NCBI GenBank assembly: GCA_022848805.1 | Contig: JAJISI010000002.1 | Span: 1 to 51,533 of the forward strand | Direction of reading: 5' to 3' | Source: Thermoplasmatota archaeon | GTDB lineage: Archaea > Thermoplasmatota > Thermoplasmata > UBA10834 | DNA: 51,533 nt | Shown: positions 10,200 to 19,717 of the stretch, in pieces | How the letters are laid out: the number at the start of each line of letters is the position of its first letter | How positions within the stretch are numbered: position 1 is the stretch's first letter | The notes under the pieces: generated by a model | The model's input: the letters and a program-made list of their open reading frames with translations, nothing else | Told to the model about the DNA's origin: nothing | The model's database searches: none | Program-made: the position numbers and the translations under genes

Positions 10200-11086
10200 A
10201 GCTTAAGGAACTACCCGATGAGGAACTGTTCACACGTGGACACACCGCCTGCGCTGGATGCGGTGCAGCTATCGCTGTGAGAAACCTGATAAAGATCCTA
10301 GGAAGAAACACGATGGTCGTCAACCCCGCATGTTGTCTTCTGATTTTCGGCGCGACGTATCCGTACCTCGCGTGGAAAGTGCCGTTCCATCACGTGGCGT
10401 TCGAGAACACCGCTGCCTGCGCGACCGGGATGTCAAGGGCGATGAAGGTCCGTGGCAAGGAGGACACCGTCATCATGGGCATCGCAGGCGACGGTGGCAC
10501 CGCTGACATCGGCATCCAGGCCCTCTCAGGCGCCGCCGAGAGAAACGAGGACATGCTGTACGTCATGTACGACAACGAGGCCTACATGAACACCGGGATC
10601 CAGCGCTCGGGATCGACCCCATTCGGCGCGTGGACGACGACAACGCCAGTGGGCAAGGTGAAGGCGGGAAAGGCCGATTTCAAGAAGGACATGCCTCTCA
10701 TAATGATGGCCCACAACGTGCCCTATGTCGCGACCGCCTCGATAGGCAACATACAGGATTTCATAAACAAGTTCGAGAAGGCCAAGCGAATCAAGGGGTT
10801 CAGGTACATCCAGGTGTTCACGCCATGTCCAACGGGCTGGAGGCACGACACCGCGAAGACGATCGAGATCGCTAAGCTGGCCGTCGAAACCGGTATGTGG
10901 ACGCTGTACGAGTGCGAGAACGGCAAGGTCACCGTGAACCGGAAGCCCAAGCTGACGCCCATCTCCGAATACCTGAAGCTCCAGGGTCGGTTCAGGCACA
11001 TGAGCGAGGACGACGTCGAGAAGCTCCAGAATTGGGTCGTCAAGAAATGGGAAGCCGACGAGAAGTACGCTCAGTGCAGGCAGTGA
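10196..11086 (+). CDS. porB: 2-oxoacid:ferredoxin oxidoreductase beta subunit (TPP-binding)
   Basis: GTG start overlaps the porA stop (GTGA). Motifs GHTACAGCG, GDGGTADIG, YDNEAYMNTGIQRS and PCPTGW. Confidence 0.95.
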   Translation: MKLKELPDEELFTRGHTACAGCGAAIAVRNLIKILGRNTMVVNPACCLLIFGATYPYLAWKVPFHHVAFENTAACATGMSRAMKVRGKEDTVIMGIAGDGGTADIGIQALSGAAERNEDMLYVMYDNEAYMNTGIQRSGSTPFGAWTTTTPVGKVKAGKADFKKDMPLIMMAHNVPYVATASIGNIQDFINKFEKAKRIKGFRYIQVFTPCPTGWRHDTAKTIEIAKLAVETGMWTLYECENGKVTVNRKPKLTPISEYLKLQGRFRHMSEDDVEKLQNWVVKKWEADEKYAQCRQ

Positions 11087-11111
11087 GTCGCCGTTCCAGA
11101 AACCCCTTTCC

Positions 11112-11954
11112 CTACAACCTCTTTCTCATCTCTGTCTGTTTGAGCGTCACCGCGAAATCGAACAGGTCGAGCATCCTACGGTTGGCGCTGTTGTCATCGA
11201 TGTTGTAGACCGCTATCTTGAATGTACCCAGCTCCCATAGGCGGTTCACGGCGAACTTCGCCAAGCAAGTGCCGACGCCTTCCCGTCTATGCTCTGGGTC
11301 CACGCCGAGGAACGGTATGAATCCCGTGCCTGCGACCCGCCTGAGCAGTGCGAACCCCTCGTCGCTCCTGTACATCTCGCAGGTTCTGGCCGACTCCTCA
11401 AGCGCGAACCGCTTCCGACGCTGCCAGCAGGTTCCGGCGTACGACCGCTCGTGAAGGGCCACGATGTTCTCCAGGTCAGATCTTCTTGGTGGCTGTCCGA
11501 ATCCAGCGAATTGAGTTGCGTTGCCCTCTGCCGAGAGGTAGGTCACTCTTGGGGTGTAGCCTAGTCGTTCATAGAGTCTCTCCGCGGCCAGGTTTCCATC
11601 GATCACCTCTAGGAGCACCTCCTCTGCCCCTTCTTCGTCGGCATATGTCTCCGCAGCCTCCATCAGCTTCGCACCGACGCCCCGGTTCCTCATCCGAGGA
11701 ACGACCCCCAGACCTCCAATCCATGCCTCCGTCCCATCCAAGACTGGGTTGACGTATCCGACGATTTCATCGCCTGAGAGCGCCACGATGATATCTTCCA
11801 GTTTGCCCCCAACCGATCTCATAAACTCTGCGAAGAACTCCCGAGACGATTTAATCGGGATGATGTAATCGGCGAATATCTCGTTCTGGGCATCTATCAG
11901 CGCGTCGAGCTGTTGCGGGGAAAGACGCCTCAGCACCAACTCGTCAGCCCTCAT
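11112..11954 (-). CDS. Tandem GNAT family N-acetyltransferase
   Basis: Two acetyl-CoA-binding motif A copies (LGVVPRMRNRGVG; LGVDPEHRREGVG) and N..A.RLYERLGY. Confidence 0.85.
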   Translation of the reverse strand: MRADELVLRRLSPQQLDALIDAQNEIFADYIIPIKSSREFFAEFMRSVGGKLEDIIVALSGDEIVGYVNPVLDGTEAWIGGLGVVPRMRNRGVGAKLMEAAETYADEEGAEEVLLEVIDGNLAAERLYERLGYTPRVTYLSAEGNATQFAGFGQPPRRSDLENIVALHERSYAGTCWQRRKRFALEESARTCEMYRSDEGFALLRRVAGTGFIPFLGVDPEHRREGVGTCLAKFAVNRLWELGTFKIAVYNIDDNSANRRMLDLFDFAVTLKQTEMRKRL

Positions 11955-11967
11955 TTCCTGCCGCCCT

Positions 11968-13452
11968 TCACACGGACTCCGGTTTCATATGGGGGAAGAG
12001 GATGACCTCTTTGATCGAAGGTGCGTTCGTCAGGATCATGGCGAACCTGTCTATCCCTATTCCCAGCCCTCCTGTGGGGGGCAGGCCATACTCTAGCGCA
12101 CGCACATAGTCGCTGTCGATTGGATGAGCTTCCTCGTCCCCTTCCTGCTTGAGCCTGTCCTGTTCTCTGAACCTGCGCTCCTGCTCCACGGGGTCGTTCA
12201 GCTCGGAGAAGGCATTCGCGAGCTCCCACCCGTTTATGAACAGCTCGAACCTCTCCACGAGGTCAGGTGCGCCTCTCTTCTTCTTCGCGAGCGGTGAGAC
12301 ACCTACGGGGTGATCTATGATGAACACCGGGTCGATTAGGCTCGGTTGGATCTTCTGGTCGAATATCACTGAGATTACCTTGCCCATGTCCTGGCAGTCT
12401 TCTATGTCTCGGACTCCCAGTTGGACCGCTGCGTCCCTTGCGTCGTCGACGGTCTTGAGGGTCGAAACATCGAGACCAGTGTGCTTTCTGATCGCCTCAG
12501 TCATGGTGATTCGCGGCCACGGCTTCGCGAAGTTCAGTACATGGTCTCCATACGGGATCTTCTCTGTCCCTGTGATGTGCATCGCCGTGTCGTACATGAT
12601 CGATTCGGTCAGATCCATTATCGCGAAGTAATCGACGTACGCCTGGTAGAGCTCCAACGATGTGTATTCTGGATAGTGCTGGGCGTCAATGTCTTCGTTC
12701 CTGAAGTTTTTGCCGAACTCGTACACCCTTTCTAAGTTGCCAACGATGCATCTCTTGTGATACAGCTCAGGAGCGATCCTCAGGTAGAGGTCGATGTCCA
12801 GGTAGTTGTGGTGGGTGATGAACGGCCGCGCCAGCGCACCGCCGTACAACGGCTGGAGTATAGGAGTCTCGATTTCGATGAACTCCTTCTCGTTGAGCCA
12901 GTTTCGCATGAAGGCCACCAATCGCCCCCTCTTGATGAATCGATCACGGACATCCTCGTTCATCATCAGGTCGAGGTACCTCTGCCTGTACCTCATCTGG
13001 ACGTCCTGGAGTCCATGGAATTTCTCCGGAAGGGGCGTGAGCGCCTTGCTGAGCACCTTGAATTCAGCAACGGCGACGGTTATCTCCCCCATCTTGGTCC
13101 TGAACACGTTGCCCCCAACCCCGACTACGTCCCCACGGTCCATCACGAGAAAGAGTTCCCATAGGTCCTTGCCGATATCGTTCAGTTTGAAGTAGAGCTG
13201 GACCTTTCCATCTCGGTCCACCAAATCTGCGAAGCCCGCTTTGCCATGGATCCGTTTGGCCATCACACGACCCGCCACGGAAACGACCTTGTCGCTCTTG
13301 TCCTGGCCAATATCCGCGAACTCCTTCCTCACGCCTGCAGAAGTGTGCGTTCGCTCGAAGCTGTAGGTCTCGTACGGATCGAATCCCATCGACTTCATGG
13401 TCTCGAGATTCTTCCTCATCTGGGCCTTAAGGTCGCTCTCCTGTTCTGGCAT
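11968..13452 (-). CDS. lysS: Lysyl-tRNA synthetase, class II
   Basis: OB-fold N-terminus, RYRQRYLDL, LYLRIAPELY, FRNEDID, ELANAFSELNDP and GLPPTGGLGIGIDR. Confidence 0.97.
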   Translation of the reverse strand: MPEQESDLKAQMRKNLETMKSMGFDPYETYSFERTHTSAGVRKEFADIGQDKSDKVVSVAGRVMAKRIHGKAGFADLVDRDGKVQLYFKLNDIGKDLWELFLVMDRGDVVGVGGNVFRTKMGEITVAVAEFKVLSKALTPLPEKFHGLQDVQMRYRQRYLDLMMNEDVRDRFIKRGRLVAFMRNWLNEKEFIEIETPILQPLYGGALARPFITHHNYLDIDLYLRIAPELYHKRCIVGNLERVYEFGKNFRNEDIDAQHYPEYTSLELYQAYVDYFAIMDLTESIMYDTAMHITGTEKIPYGDHVLNFAKPWPRITMTEAIRKHTGLDVSTLKTVDDARDAAVQLGVRDIEDCQDMGKVISVIFDQKIQPSLIDPVFIIDHPVGVSPLAKKKRGAPDLVERFELFINGWELANAFSELNDPVEQERRFREQDRLKQEGDEEAHPIDSDYVRALEYGLPPTGGLGIGIDRFAMILTNAPSIKEVILFPHMKPESV

Positions 13453-13604
13453 CAGGCATCTCTCCTGCTGGGTGCGCTCTCATATCCTAAGGGCGTACTT
13501 AAACGTAATCCGCCCATCCTCAATTCCATGATCCGCTCACTATCGCTCGCTCTCATGTTTCTCACCAGAATTCGGTCGAAACCCGCCTATCTCGGCAGGT
13601 TTCG

Positions 13605-13970
13605 CTAGCTCTTCTTATTAGCCTCTTCAATCGCCGCTAGAAGTTCTTCGATCCTGAACGGTTTTAGGAGAAATCCCTTGGCTCCAGCCGCCATGGCCTC
13701 CTTCTCGATGTGCAGGTCGGCACTGCCGAAGAAGACCGTGGCCGTAGGGTCTATGCGAAGAATTTCCTGTGTGGCGCTCACGCCGTCTCTGACGGGCATC
13801 CTCTGGTCCATGATGATGACCACGGGCTTCTCCTTCATGTCCCTGTATTTGCGAACTGCCTCTTCGCCGTCGGATGCAACTCCGATGACCTCGTGCCCGT
13901 TCGCTTCGAGTATGTCTCGATACAGTTCGACGATGAACTTCTCATCGTCGACAAGGAAGACCGTGACGAT
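13605..13970 (-). CDS. Stand-alone response regulator receiver (CheY-like); apparent non-canonical ATC start
   Basis: The frame extends upstream of the track's Met: (I)VTVFLVDDEKFIVELYRDILEANGHEVIGVASDGEEAV...IIMDQRMPVRDG...FGSA...FLLKPF. GGAGGT lies 6 nt before ATC at 13970. An in-frame TGA lies 10 codons upstream with no ATG/GTG/TTG in between. Confidence 0.85.
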   Translation of the reverse strand: MVTVFLVDDEKFIVELYRDILEANGHEVIGVASDGEEAVRKYRDMKEKPVVIIMDQRMPVRDGVSATQEILRIDPTATVFFGSADLHIEKEAMAAGAKGFLLKPFRIEELLAAIEEANKKS

Positions 13971-14150
13971 TCTACTACCTCCGAATGAGCCCCTTGCTCA
14001 GCCCGTCCTCGACGCCAGAACTCCGTCCGGCTTCCCGTGTGACTTGCATGGCCAGGTGGGATTGTACTAATTATCCTGTAACTTATATAATGATTTTCCT
14101 AATGTCGCATCCTCTTTTACCCGTCGTCGGCCCGTGCTCGCTGGAATCAT

Positions 14151-14164
14151 AAACACTTATATAG
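14151..14164 (+). promoter_or_regulatory. Putative TATA box of secG (near-leaderless transcript)
   Basis: AAACACTTATATAG about 30-40 bp upstream of the ATG at 14194. Confidence 0.5.
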
Positions 14165-14193
14165 TGAAACCTGCAATTGAGCATCCGAGATTC

Positions 14194-14361
14194 ATGGCGA
14201 AGAACAAGAAGAACGAGGGTTTCCACTCGGCCGCCGGGCTGATACGGTACTTCGACGCCGAGGACGACAAGGCACTCAAGGTCAGCCCCTGGGCCGTCGT
14301 GGGCTTGTGCATAGCCGTTTCTGCCTTGGTGCTGATTCTCGGTACACTGTATCCGACATGA
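14194..14361 (+). CDS. secG: Preprotein translocase subunit Sec61-beta
   Basis: GFHSAAGLIRYFDAED...KVSPWAVV followed by a single C-terminal TM helix. Confidence 0.92.
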   Translation: MAKNKKNEGFHSAAGLIRYFDAEDDKALKVSPWAVVGLCIAVSALVLILGTLYPT

Positions 14362-14635
14362 TCTGGCACGCGGCTCTTTCGGGAAGCGTATAGCACAGGA
14401 CTGTACACTGCGAGTCCGAAATCTGACGAAATCAATAAATATCATCCCCGCTCTCGCTCGTCCGCTCGAGGGATTGAACATGGCTAAATCGTCGACCGTG
14501 TTTGGTAGTCTTCATGCGTGATCTCGCATGGCCCAAACTGATTTCTCGAGACGTTGTTGATTCGTTGCCACTTCCCAGCGGGAGCTATGCCGAGGGATGC
14601 GGCGGCTTCAACATGGAACGATTGGAGGGATTGTA

Positions 14636-15502
14636 TTGACAGTGCTAAGAATAGCAGTTCCGAACAAGGGGAGACTGAATCAGAGCTCGGTACGGCTCAT
14701 GAACCGGATAGGGTTCCCCATCTCGGACTCCAACAGCAGAACGCTGATAGCTGAGTTCGGGAAGGGGCGATACCAGATCCTATTGGCCAGGGCTCAGGAC
14801 ATACCTGAGTTCGTCGAGATGGGCGTTGCGGACCTCGGCATAACTGGCCTCGACCTCGTGCTCGAAACGAACAGGAGCGTCGAGAGAATCAGAACACTCG
14901 ATTATGGGACGTGCCGGCTTGTCGTCGCCGTTCCAGACGAATCAGATGTGACTGACGCCACTCAGATTGAAGACGGGTGCACCGTCGCAACATCCTTCCC
15001 GAACTTAACCCAGGAGTATTTCTCGAACATCGGGAAGAACGTGAAGATCGCTACCGTGACCGGAGCGACCGAGGTGACCCCTCAGATAGGACTCGCGGAC
15101 GTGATCACCGACCTCACAGAGACAGGTTCGACATTGAAGCTCAATCACCTCAAGGAGGTGGGCGTGGTCATGGAGTCCGTCGCTGTGCTGATTGGGAACC
15201 AGGCGTCGCTCGAGGCGAAGGCTGGACGCGTCGAGGAGATTACTAGCGCCATAGATAGCGTGATCGCCGCCTCTAGGAAGAGATACCTGATGGCGAACGT
15301 CCCCAAGGACACCCTAGCTAATCTGGAGAACCTGATTCCAGGAGTCTCCGGACCTACCATAATGAACATCATCGGACGGGAGGACTTGGTTGCCATTCAC
15401 GCTGTCGTCAGCGAGGACGCGGTGAACGGAATAATCGCGGTTCTCAAGGAAATAGGCGGAACGGGAATCCTAATAGTCCCAATCGAAAGGATGGTACTCT
15501 GA
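14636..15502 (+). CDS. hisG: ATP phosphoribosyltransferase (long form)
   Basis: TTG start after GGAGGG. Motifs RIAVPNKGRL, RAQDIPEFV, DLGITGLD, GATE, D...TGSTL..N.L, plus the C-terminal regulatory domain. Confidence 0.95.
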   Translation: MTVLRIAVPNKGRLNQSSVRLMNRIGFPISDSNSRTLIAEFGKGRYQILLARAQDIPEFVEMGVADLGITGLDLVLETNRSVERIRTLDYGTCRLVVAVPDESDVTDATQIEDGCTVATSFPNLTQEYFSNIGKNVKIATVTGATEVTPQIGLADVITDLTETGSTLKLNHLKEVGVVMESVAVLIGNQASLEAKAGRVEEITSAIDSVIAASRKRYLMANVPKDTLANLENLIPGVSGPTIMNIIGREDLVAIHAVVSEDAVNGIIAVLKEIGGTGILIVPIERMVL

Positions 15503-15503
15503 C

Positions 15504-16787
15504 ATGCTGAGATACGATTACAGCTCGATGTCCGCCGACGACATAAGAAATGTGCTTCGGAGAGGTAGCACTTCGTTGGACCGTGCGGTCACGATCGTTC
15601 GCCCCATCGTCGAGGCCGTGCGGCGCGGAGGCGACCGTGCCCTGATGAGATATGCGAAGAAGCTCGATGGATTCAAGGGTGGGTCGTTCCTCGTTTCCAG
15701 AGGGGCTATGGAAGCTGCGATGTCGCGCGTACCCTCCCCGATCCTCGCGTCGCTGAAGCTCAGCAAGAAGAGGATACAGACGTATCACAAGAAGCAGCGT
15801 CTGAACGCCTTCGAGTTCGAGGATTCTTGCGGGATATTCGGTCAGAAAGTCGTACCTCTTGAACGAATCGGCATATACGTACCTGGGGGAACCGCAACCT
15901 ACGCATCCTCCGTTCTGATGACCGCGGTGCCGGCCAAGGTCGCTGGCGTTGAGGAGATTGTGATGTGCACGCCGGCAGGAAACGGCGGGGTCGACGATGC
16001 CGTTCTCGCAGCAGCTTTCATCGCTGGCGTGGACGAGATATACTCCGTTGGCGGAGCCCAGGGGATCGCCGCGATGGCTTACGGGACCGAGAGTATCTCA
16101 ATGGTGTCAAAGATTGTCGGTCCCGGCGGGTCAATCGTCAGCGCCGCCAAGATGATGGTCCGCTCTGACTGCGAGATCGATTCCATTGCTGGCCCGTCGG
16201 AAGTGCTCATAATCGCCGACAGCACCGCAGAGGCTACGCTCGTTGCCAGTGAGATGGTCGCGCAGCTTGAACACGATCCAGCGGCAGTCGCAGTCTTGGT
16301 CTCAACCTCTTCTCGCCTGCTCGACAAGACTCTCCTGACGCTGAAGCAGATGATCGGGCGGGCAGGTCGCAGGGACATCTTGGAGAGATCATCCGATGAA
16401 GGGGCCATCTTCCTCAAGGTGAGAAACAAGTCTCAGGCGGTGGAGTTCTCGAACGCGTACGCTCCAGAGCACCTCCTCGTGGACACCAGGAATCCGCGCG
16501 AGCTTCTCAAATCCATTCGAAACGCCGGCTCGGTATTTCTTGGCCAGAGATCCTCGGTCGCCTTTGGCGACTACTGCTCTGGACCAAACCACGTTCTACC
16601 GACGATGGGGACCGCCCGGTCAAGATCCGCTCTATCTGTGTACGATTTCCTGAAGATAGTTCCTTATCAGCTGTTGAGCGTGCGGGGGGCGGCCACGCTC
16701 GCTCCTGTGGTGGAAACGCTGGCAACGGCCGAAGGCCTGCCAAACCACGCCATAGCCGCGCGCTTGAGAGCCGGGGGTGACCGCTGA
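15504..16787 (+). CDS. hisD: Histidinol dehydrogenase
   Basis: Motifs GIYVPGG, GGAQGIAAMAYGT, AGPSEV, AQLEHD, APEHL and GDYCSGPNHVLPT. Confidence 0.96.
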   Translation: MLRYDYSSMSADDIRNVLRRGSTSLDRAVTIVRPIVEAVRRGGDRALMRYAKKLDGFKGGSFLVSRGAMEAAMSRVPSPILASLKLSKKRIQTYHKKQRLNAFEFEDSCGIFGQKVVPLERIGIYVPGGTATYASSVLMTAVPAKVAGVEEIVMCTPAGNGGVDDAVLAAAFIAGVDEIYSVGGAQGIAAMAYGTESISMVSKIVGPGGSIVSAAKMMVRSDCEIDSIAGPSEVLIIADSTAEATLVASEMVAQLEHDPAAVAVLVSTSSRLLDKTLLTLKQMIGRAGRRDILERSSDEGAIFLKVRNKSQAVEFSNAYAPEHLLVDTRNPRELLKSIRNAGSVFLGQRSSVAFGDYCSGPNHVLPTMGTARSRSALSVYDFLKIVPYQLLSVRGAATLAPVVETLATAEGLPNHAIAARLRAGGDR

Positions 16788-17851
16788 TGCCATCAATCGG
16801 AGAATTGAGGAGAAGAGCGCTGGAATCACTGAGCCGTCCATCATATTCCCTCGTCGACGAGAATATAATGGTGTTGAACAACAACGCAAATCTGTTCGGC
16901 ATTAATCCAGCTGTGAAAGAGGTTGCAGAGTCGTTCGACTTCTCGAAACTCTGGGCTTATCCAAGCGAGAACTCGGATGCCCTGAGGCTGCGCCTTGCGT
17001 CGGAATTCGACGTATCCCCGACCGAGATAATCGTCGGAAACGGATCTGACGAGTTGCTGGATATCGTCTGCAAGAGTTTCATCAATCCTGGCGATGTCTT
17101 CTGCCAACCCACACCCACGTTCAGGATGTACAAGTTCTACGCCCAAGTAAACTTCGCATCGGTTGACGAAAAGGAATTGAACGACGATTTCTCCCTTCGA
17201 ACCGATGAAATAATCGTGGCGCGGGCAAAACTCGTCGCACTCTGCCAACCCAACAATCCAACGGCCAACCTTTTTGATCCGAGAGACGTGAGGAGGATCC
17301 TCTCCGAGTCGGAAGGGATAACAATCCTGGACGAGGCCTACTCGGATTTCTGTGATTCCGACATGCTCGCAGATGTGATGAAAAGCGAGAGGGGGATCGA
17401 CATAAGAACATTCTCCAAGGCATACGGACTCGCAGGTCTTCGTGCTGGCTTTGCCATATCCCGTAAGGAGATTGTAGACGAGCTGAGACGGGTCAGGACG
17501 CCGTTCGGTCTCAATTCGTTCACCGAGGCGGTAGCTATCGCTGCGCTCGACAGTAAGGGGTGGGTTACGGAGAAGATTCAGGAGATGAAGGTGGAGCGGG
17601 AGCGTCTGTCAAAGCAGATGCAGTCGCTAGGCTTCCAGGTCTATCCTTCGGACTGTAACTTCCTGCTCTGTAGATCACCAGTTAGCAGCGCCAAACTCGT
17701 CGGAGCCCTCGAGGCGCGAGGAGTGGCAATCAGAGACTTCGGGTCGTATCCTCTTCTTGAGAACCACGTCCGCGTGACGGTTGGACCGAGAGCGTTCATG
17801 GACCGTTTTCTTGAGATTCTGCGTCCGCTTATGGCTGAGGTATCGACATGA
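16787..17851 (+). CDS. hisC: Histidinol-phosphate aminotransferase
   Basis: Motifs GNGSDELL, PNNPT, LDEAY and RTFSKAYGLAGLRAG. Confidence 0.95.
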   Translation: MPSIGELRRRALESLSRPSYSLVDENIMVLNNNANLFGINPAVKEVAESFDFSKLWAYPSENSDALRLRLASEFDVSPTEIIVGNGSDELLDIVCKSFINPGDVFCQPTPTFRMYKFYAQVNFASVDEKELNDDFSLRTDEIIVARAKLVALCQPNNPTANLFDPRDVRRILSESEGITILDEAYSDFCDSDMLADVMKSERGIDIRTFSKAYGLAGLRAGFAISRKEIVDELRRVRTPFGLNSFTEAVAIAALDSKGWVTEKIQEMKVERERLSKQMQSLGFQVYPSDCNFLLCRSPVSSAKLVGALEARGVAIRDFGSYPLLENHVRVTVGPRAFMDRFLEILRPLMAEVST

Positions 17852-18447
17852 AGGTGACCGTTGCGGACTACGGAGTCGGCAACCTTCACAGCATCTCCAA
17901 GGGGCTCGAGAGGGTCGGCGCGGTCGTTGAGGTCTCGTCTGATCCAAGCGAGCTGGCGGACGCTAGGTGCATCGTCTTCCCCGGCGTAGGCGCGTTCGGG
18001 GCTGCCATGGAAGTCCTACGACCCGCGCTAACAGATATACGGACTGCGATACAGTCTGGGGTTCCAACCCTCGGTATCTGTCTGGGTATGCAGATACTAT
18101 TCGAGGGAAGCGGGGAGTCTGTCGGAGAGGGGGTGTCTGTCATCCAGGGGCGCGCAAGGAGGCTTCAAGCACCGAGGGTTCCGCACATGGGTTGGAACGA
18201 GGTGGTTCACTCCGGAGACGGGCTGTTCGAAGCAATCGATTCGGGGGAACAGTTCTACTTTGCCAACTCCTACGTGTGTTTCCCGACCGAAAAAGTCTCA
18301 ATATCGGAGACGGAATACGGTGAGAGGTTTCCATCAGCTGTGAGGAAGGGAACAATCTTCGGGGTGCAGTTCCATCCGGAGAAGAGCAGCGCTCCCGGTC
18401 TCAGGCTGCTCTCGAACTTCGTCAGGATAGCGGAGGAATCAGCATGA
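17848..18447 (+). CDS. hisH: Imidazole glycerol phosphate synthase glutaminase subunit
   Basis: Motifs DYGVGNLHS, PGVGAF, GICLGMQ, VPHMGWN and QFHPEKS. Confidence 0.96.
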   Translation: MKVTVADYGVGNLHSISKGLERVGAVVEVSSDPSELADARCIVFPGVGAFGAAMEVLRPALTDIRTAIQSGVPTLGICLGMQILFEGSGESVGEGVSVIQGRARRLQAPRVPHMGWNEVVHSGDGLFEAIDSGEQFYFANSYVCFPTEKVSISETEYGERFPSAVRKGTIFGVQFHPEKSSAPGLRLLSNFVRIAEESA

Positions 18448-19154
18448 AAGTCATACCAGCCGTGGATGTAAGGGGGGGAAAGAGCGTCCAGTTGGTCGGT
18501 GGAAAGCCCGGCACGGAACGTGTCGAGATCGAGGATGTCGCCGGTTTGGCCAGGAAGTGGCAGAAGGATGGCGCCGAGATGATACACATCATCGACCTAG
18601 ACTCGGCCATGGACTTGGGAAACAACGAGGAGCTGATTGAGAACGTGATAGGCGGTCTGTCCATTCCCGTTCAAGTCGGTGGCGGCATCAGGACCGCGGA
18701 CAAGGTCCACAGGTTGTTCGAGATCGGCTGCGAGCGGGTCATCATCGGCACCCGCGCGATCCAGGACCGATCCTTCGTCGAAGAGTTGGCCAAGCAATAC
18801 TCCGACGGTATAGTCGTCGCCCTCGATTCCGCTGCAGATCTGGTATTGATAAAAGGCTGGCAGGAGAGCTCTGGAAAAGACATAGTCTCTGTCGCTAAGG
18901 ATTTCGAATCGCTCCCTATCTGGGGCTTCCTCTACACAAACGTGGATGTGGAGGGGAGGTTGCAGGGCATCAACCCGATCCCGATAAGCAGACTCATACG
19001 GGCCACGGGGAAGCCAGTGATCGTTTCAGGCGGGATAACGACCAAGTCTGATTTGGCGCTCCTCCGCGGAATGGGGGCCGATTCGGTCGTCGTAGGGATG
19101 GCTATCTACACGGGAGCGGTGAATTTCAAGAAAGTGGTGAGGGAGTTCAGTTGA
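18444..19154 (+). CDS. hisA: ProFAR isomerase
   Basis: Motifs IPAVDVRGGKSVQL, HIIDLD, QVGGGIR and SGGI; located in the his operon. Confidence 0.94.
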   Translation: MKVIPAVDVRGGKSVQLVGGKPGTERVEIEDVAGLARKWQKDGAEMIHIIDLDSAMDLGNNEELIENVIGGLSIPVQVGGGIRTADKVHRLFEIGCERVIIGTRAIQDRSFVEELAKQYSDGIVVALDSAADLVLIKGWQESSGKDIVSVAKDFESLPIWGFLYTNVDVEGRLQGINPIPISRLIRATGKPVIVSGGITTKSDLALLRGMGADSVVVGMAIYTGAVNFKKVVREFS

Positions 19155-19717
19155 ATCCAGATGCAGTTAAGCGCTACGCCCGGGTCGTCCGGGAGACACG
19201 GGAGACCAAGGTGTGCGCAGAGGTGACAGTAGACGGTACAGGCGACGCGAGGTGCGATATCCCGGACGAGTTCCTAAGACACATGGTTGAGACGCTTGGG
19301 AGATACTCCGGAATCGACCTAGTCATTGAGGCTAGAGGTGATATCGATCATCACCTGATTGAGGACGTCGCGATAACCCTTGGACGTGCCTATCGCGAGG
19401 CCATCGCCGAATCACCCGTCAGAAGGATAGCGAACGCCGTCGTACCCATGGACGAGGCCCTCGTGCAGGTCACGGTGGACCTGATTGACCGCCCTTACGT
19501 GCATTTGGAGCTTCCTAACCAGATGTATTCGCATTTCATAAGGTCGTTCGCGATGGAGATGCGGGCAACGATTCATACCGTGGTTGTTAGAGGGGTAGAT
19601 GACCACCACATAGTCGAGGCGACGTTCAAAGCACTCGGCAGGGCCCTAGGAGAGGCGATGTCTCGTACGGAGTCGTCGGTGTCGACCAAGGCCTCCGTCA
19701 AATGGGGTGTCAGCTGA
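19151..19717 (+). CDS. hisB: Imidazoleglycerol-phosphate dehydratase (monofunctional)
   Basis: Motifs RETRET, DHHLIED, PMDEAL and DHHIVEATFKALGRAL. No phosphatase domain. Confidence 0.95.
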   Translation: MNPDAVKRYARVVRETRETKVCAEVTVDGTGDARCDIPDEFLRHMVETLGRYSGIDLVIEARGDIDHHLIEDVAITLGRAYREAIAESPVRRIANAVVPMDEALVQVTVDLIDRPYVHLELPNQMYSHFIRSFAMEMRATIHTVVVRGVDDHHIVEATFKALGRALGEAMSRTESSVSTKASVKWGVS

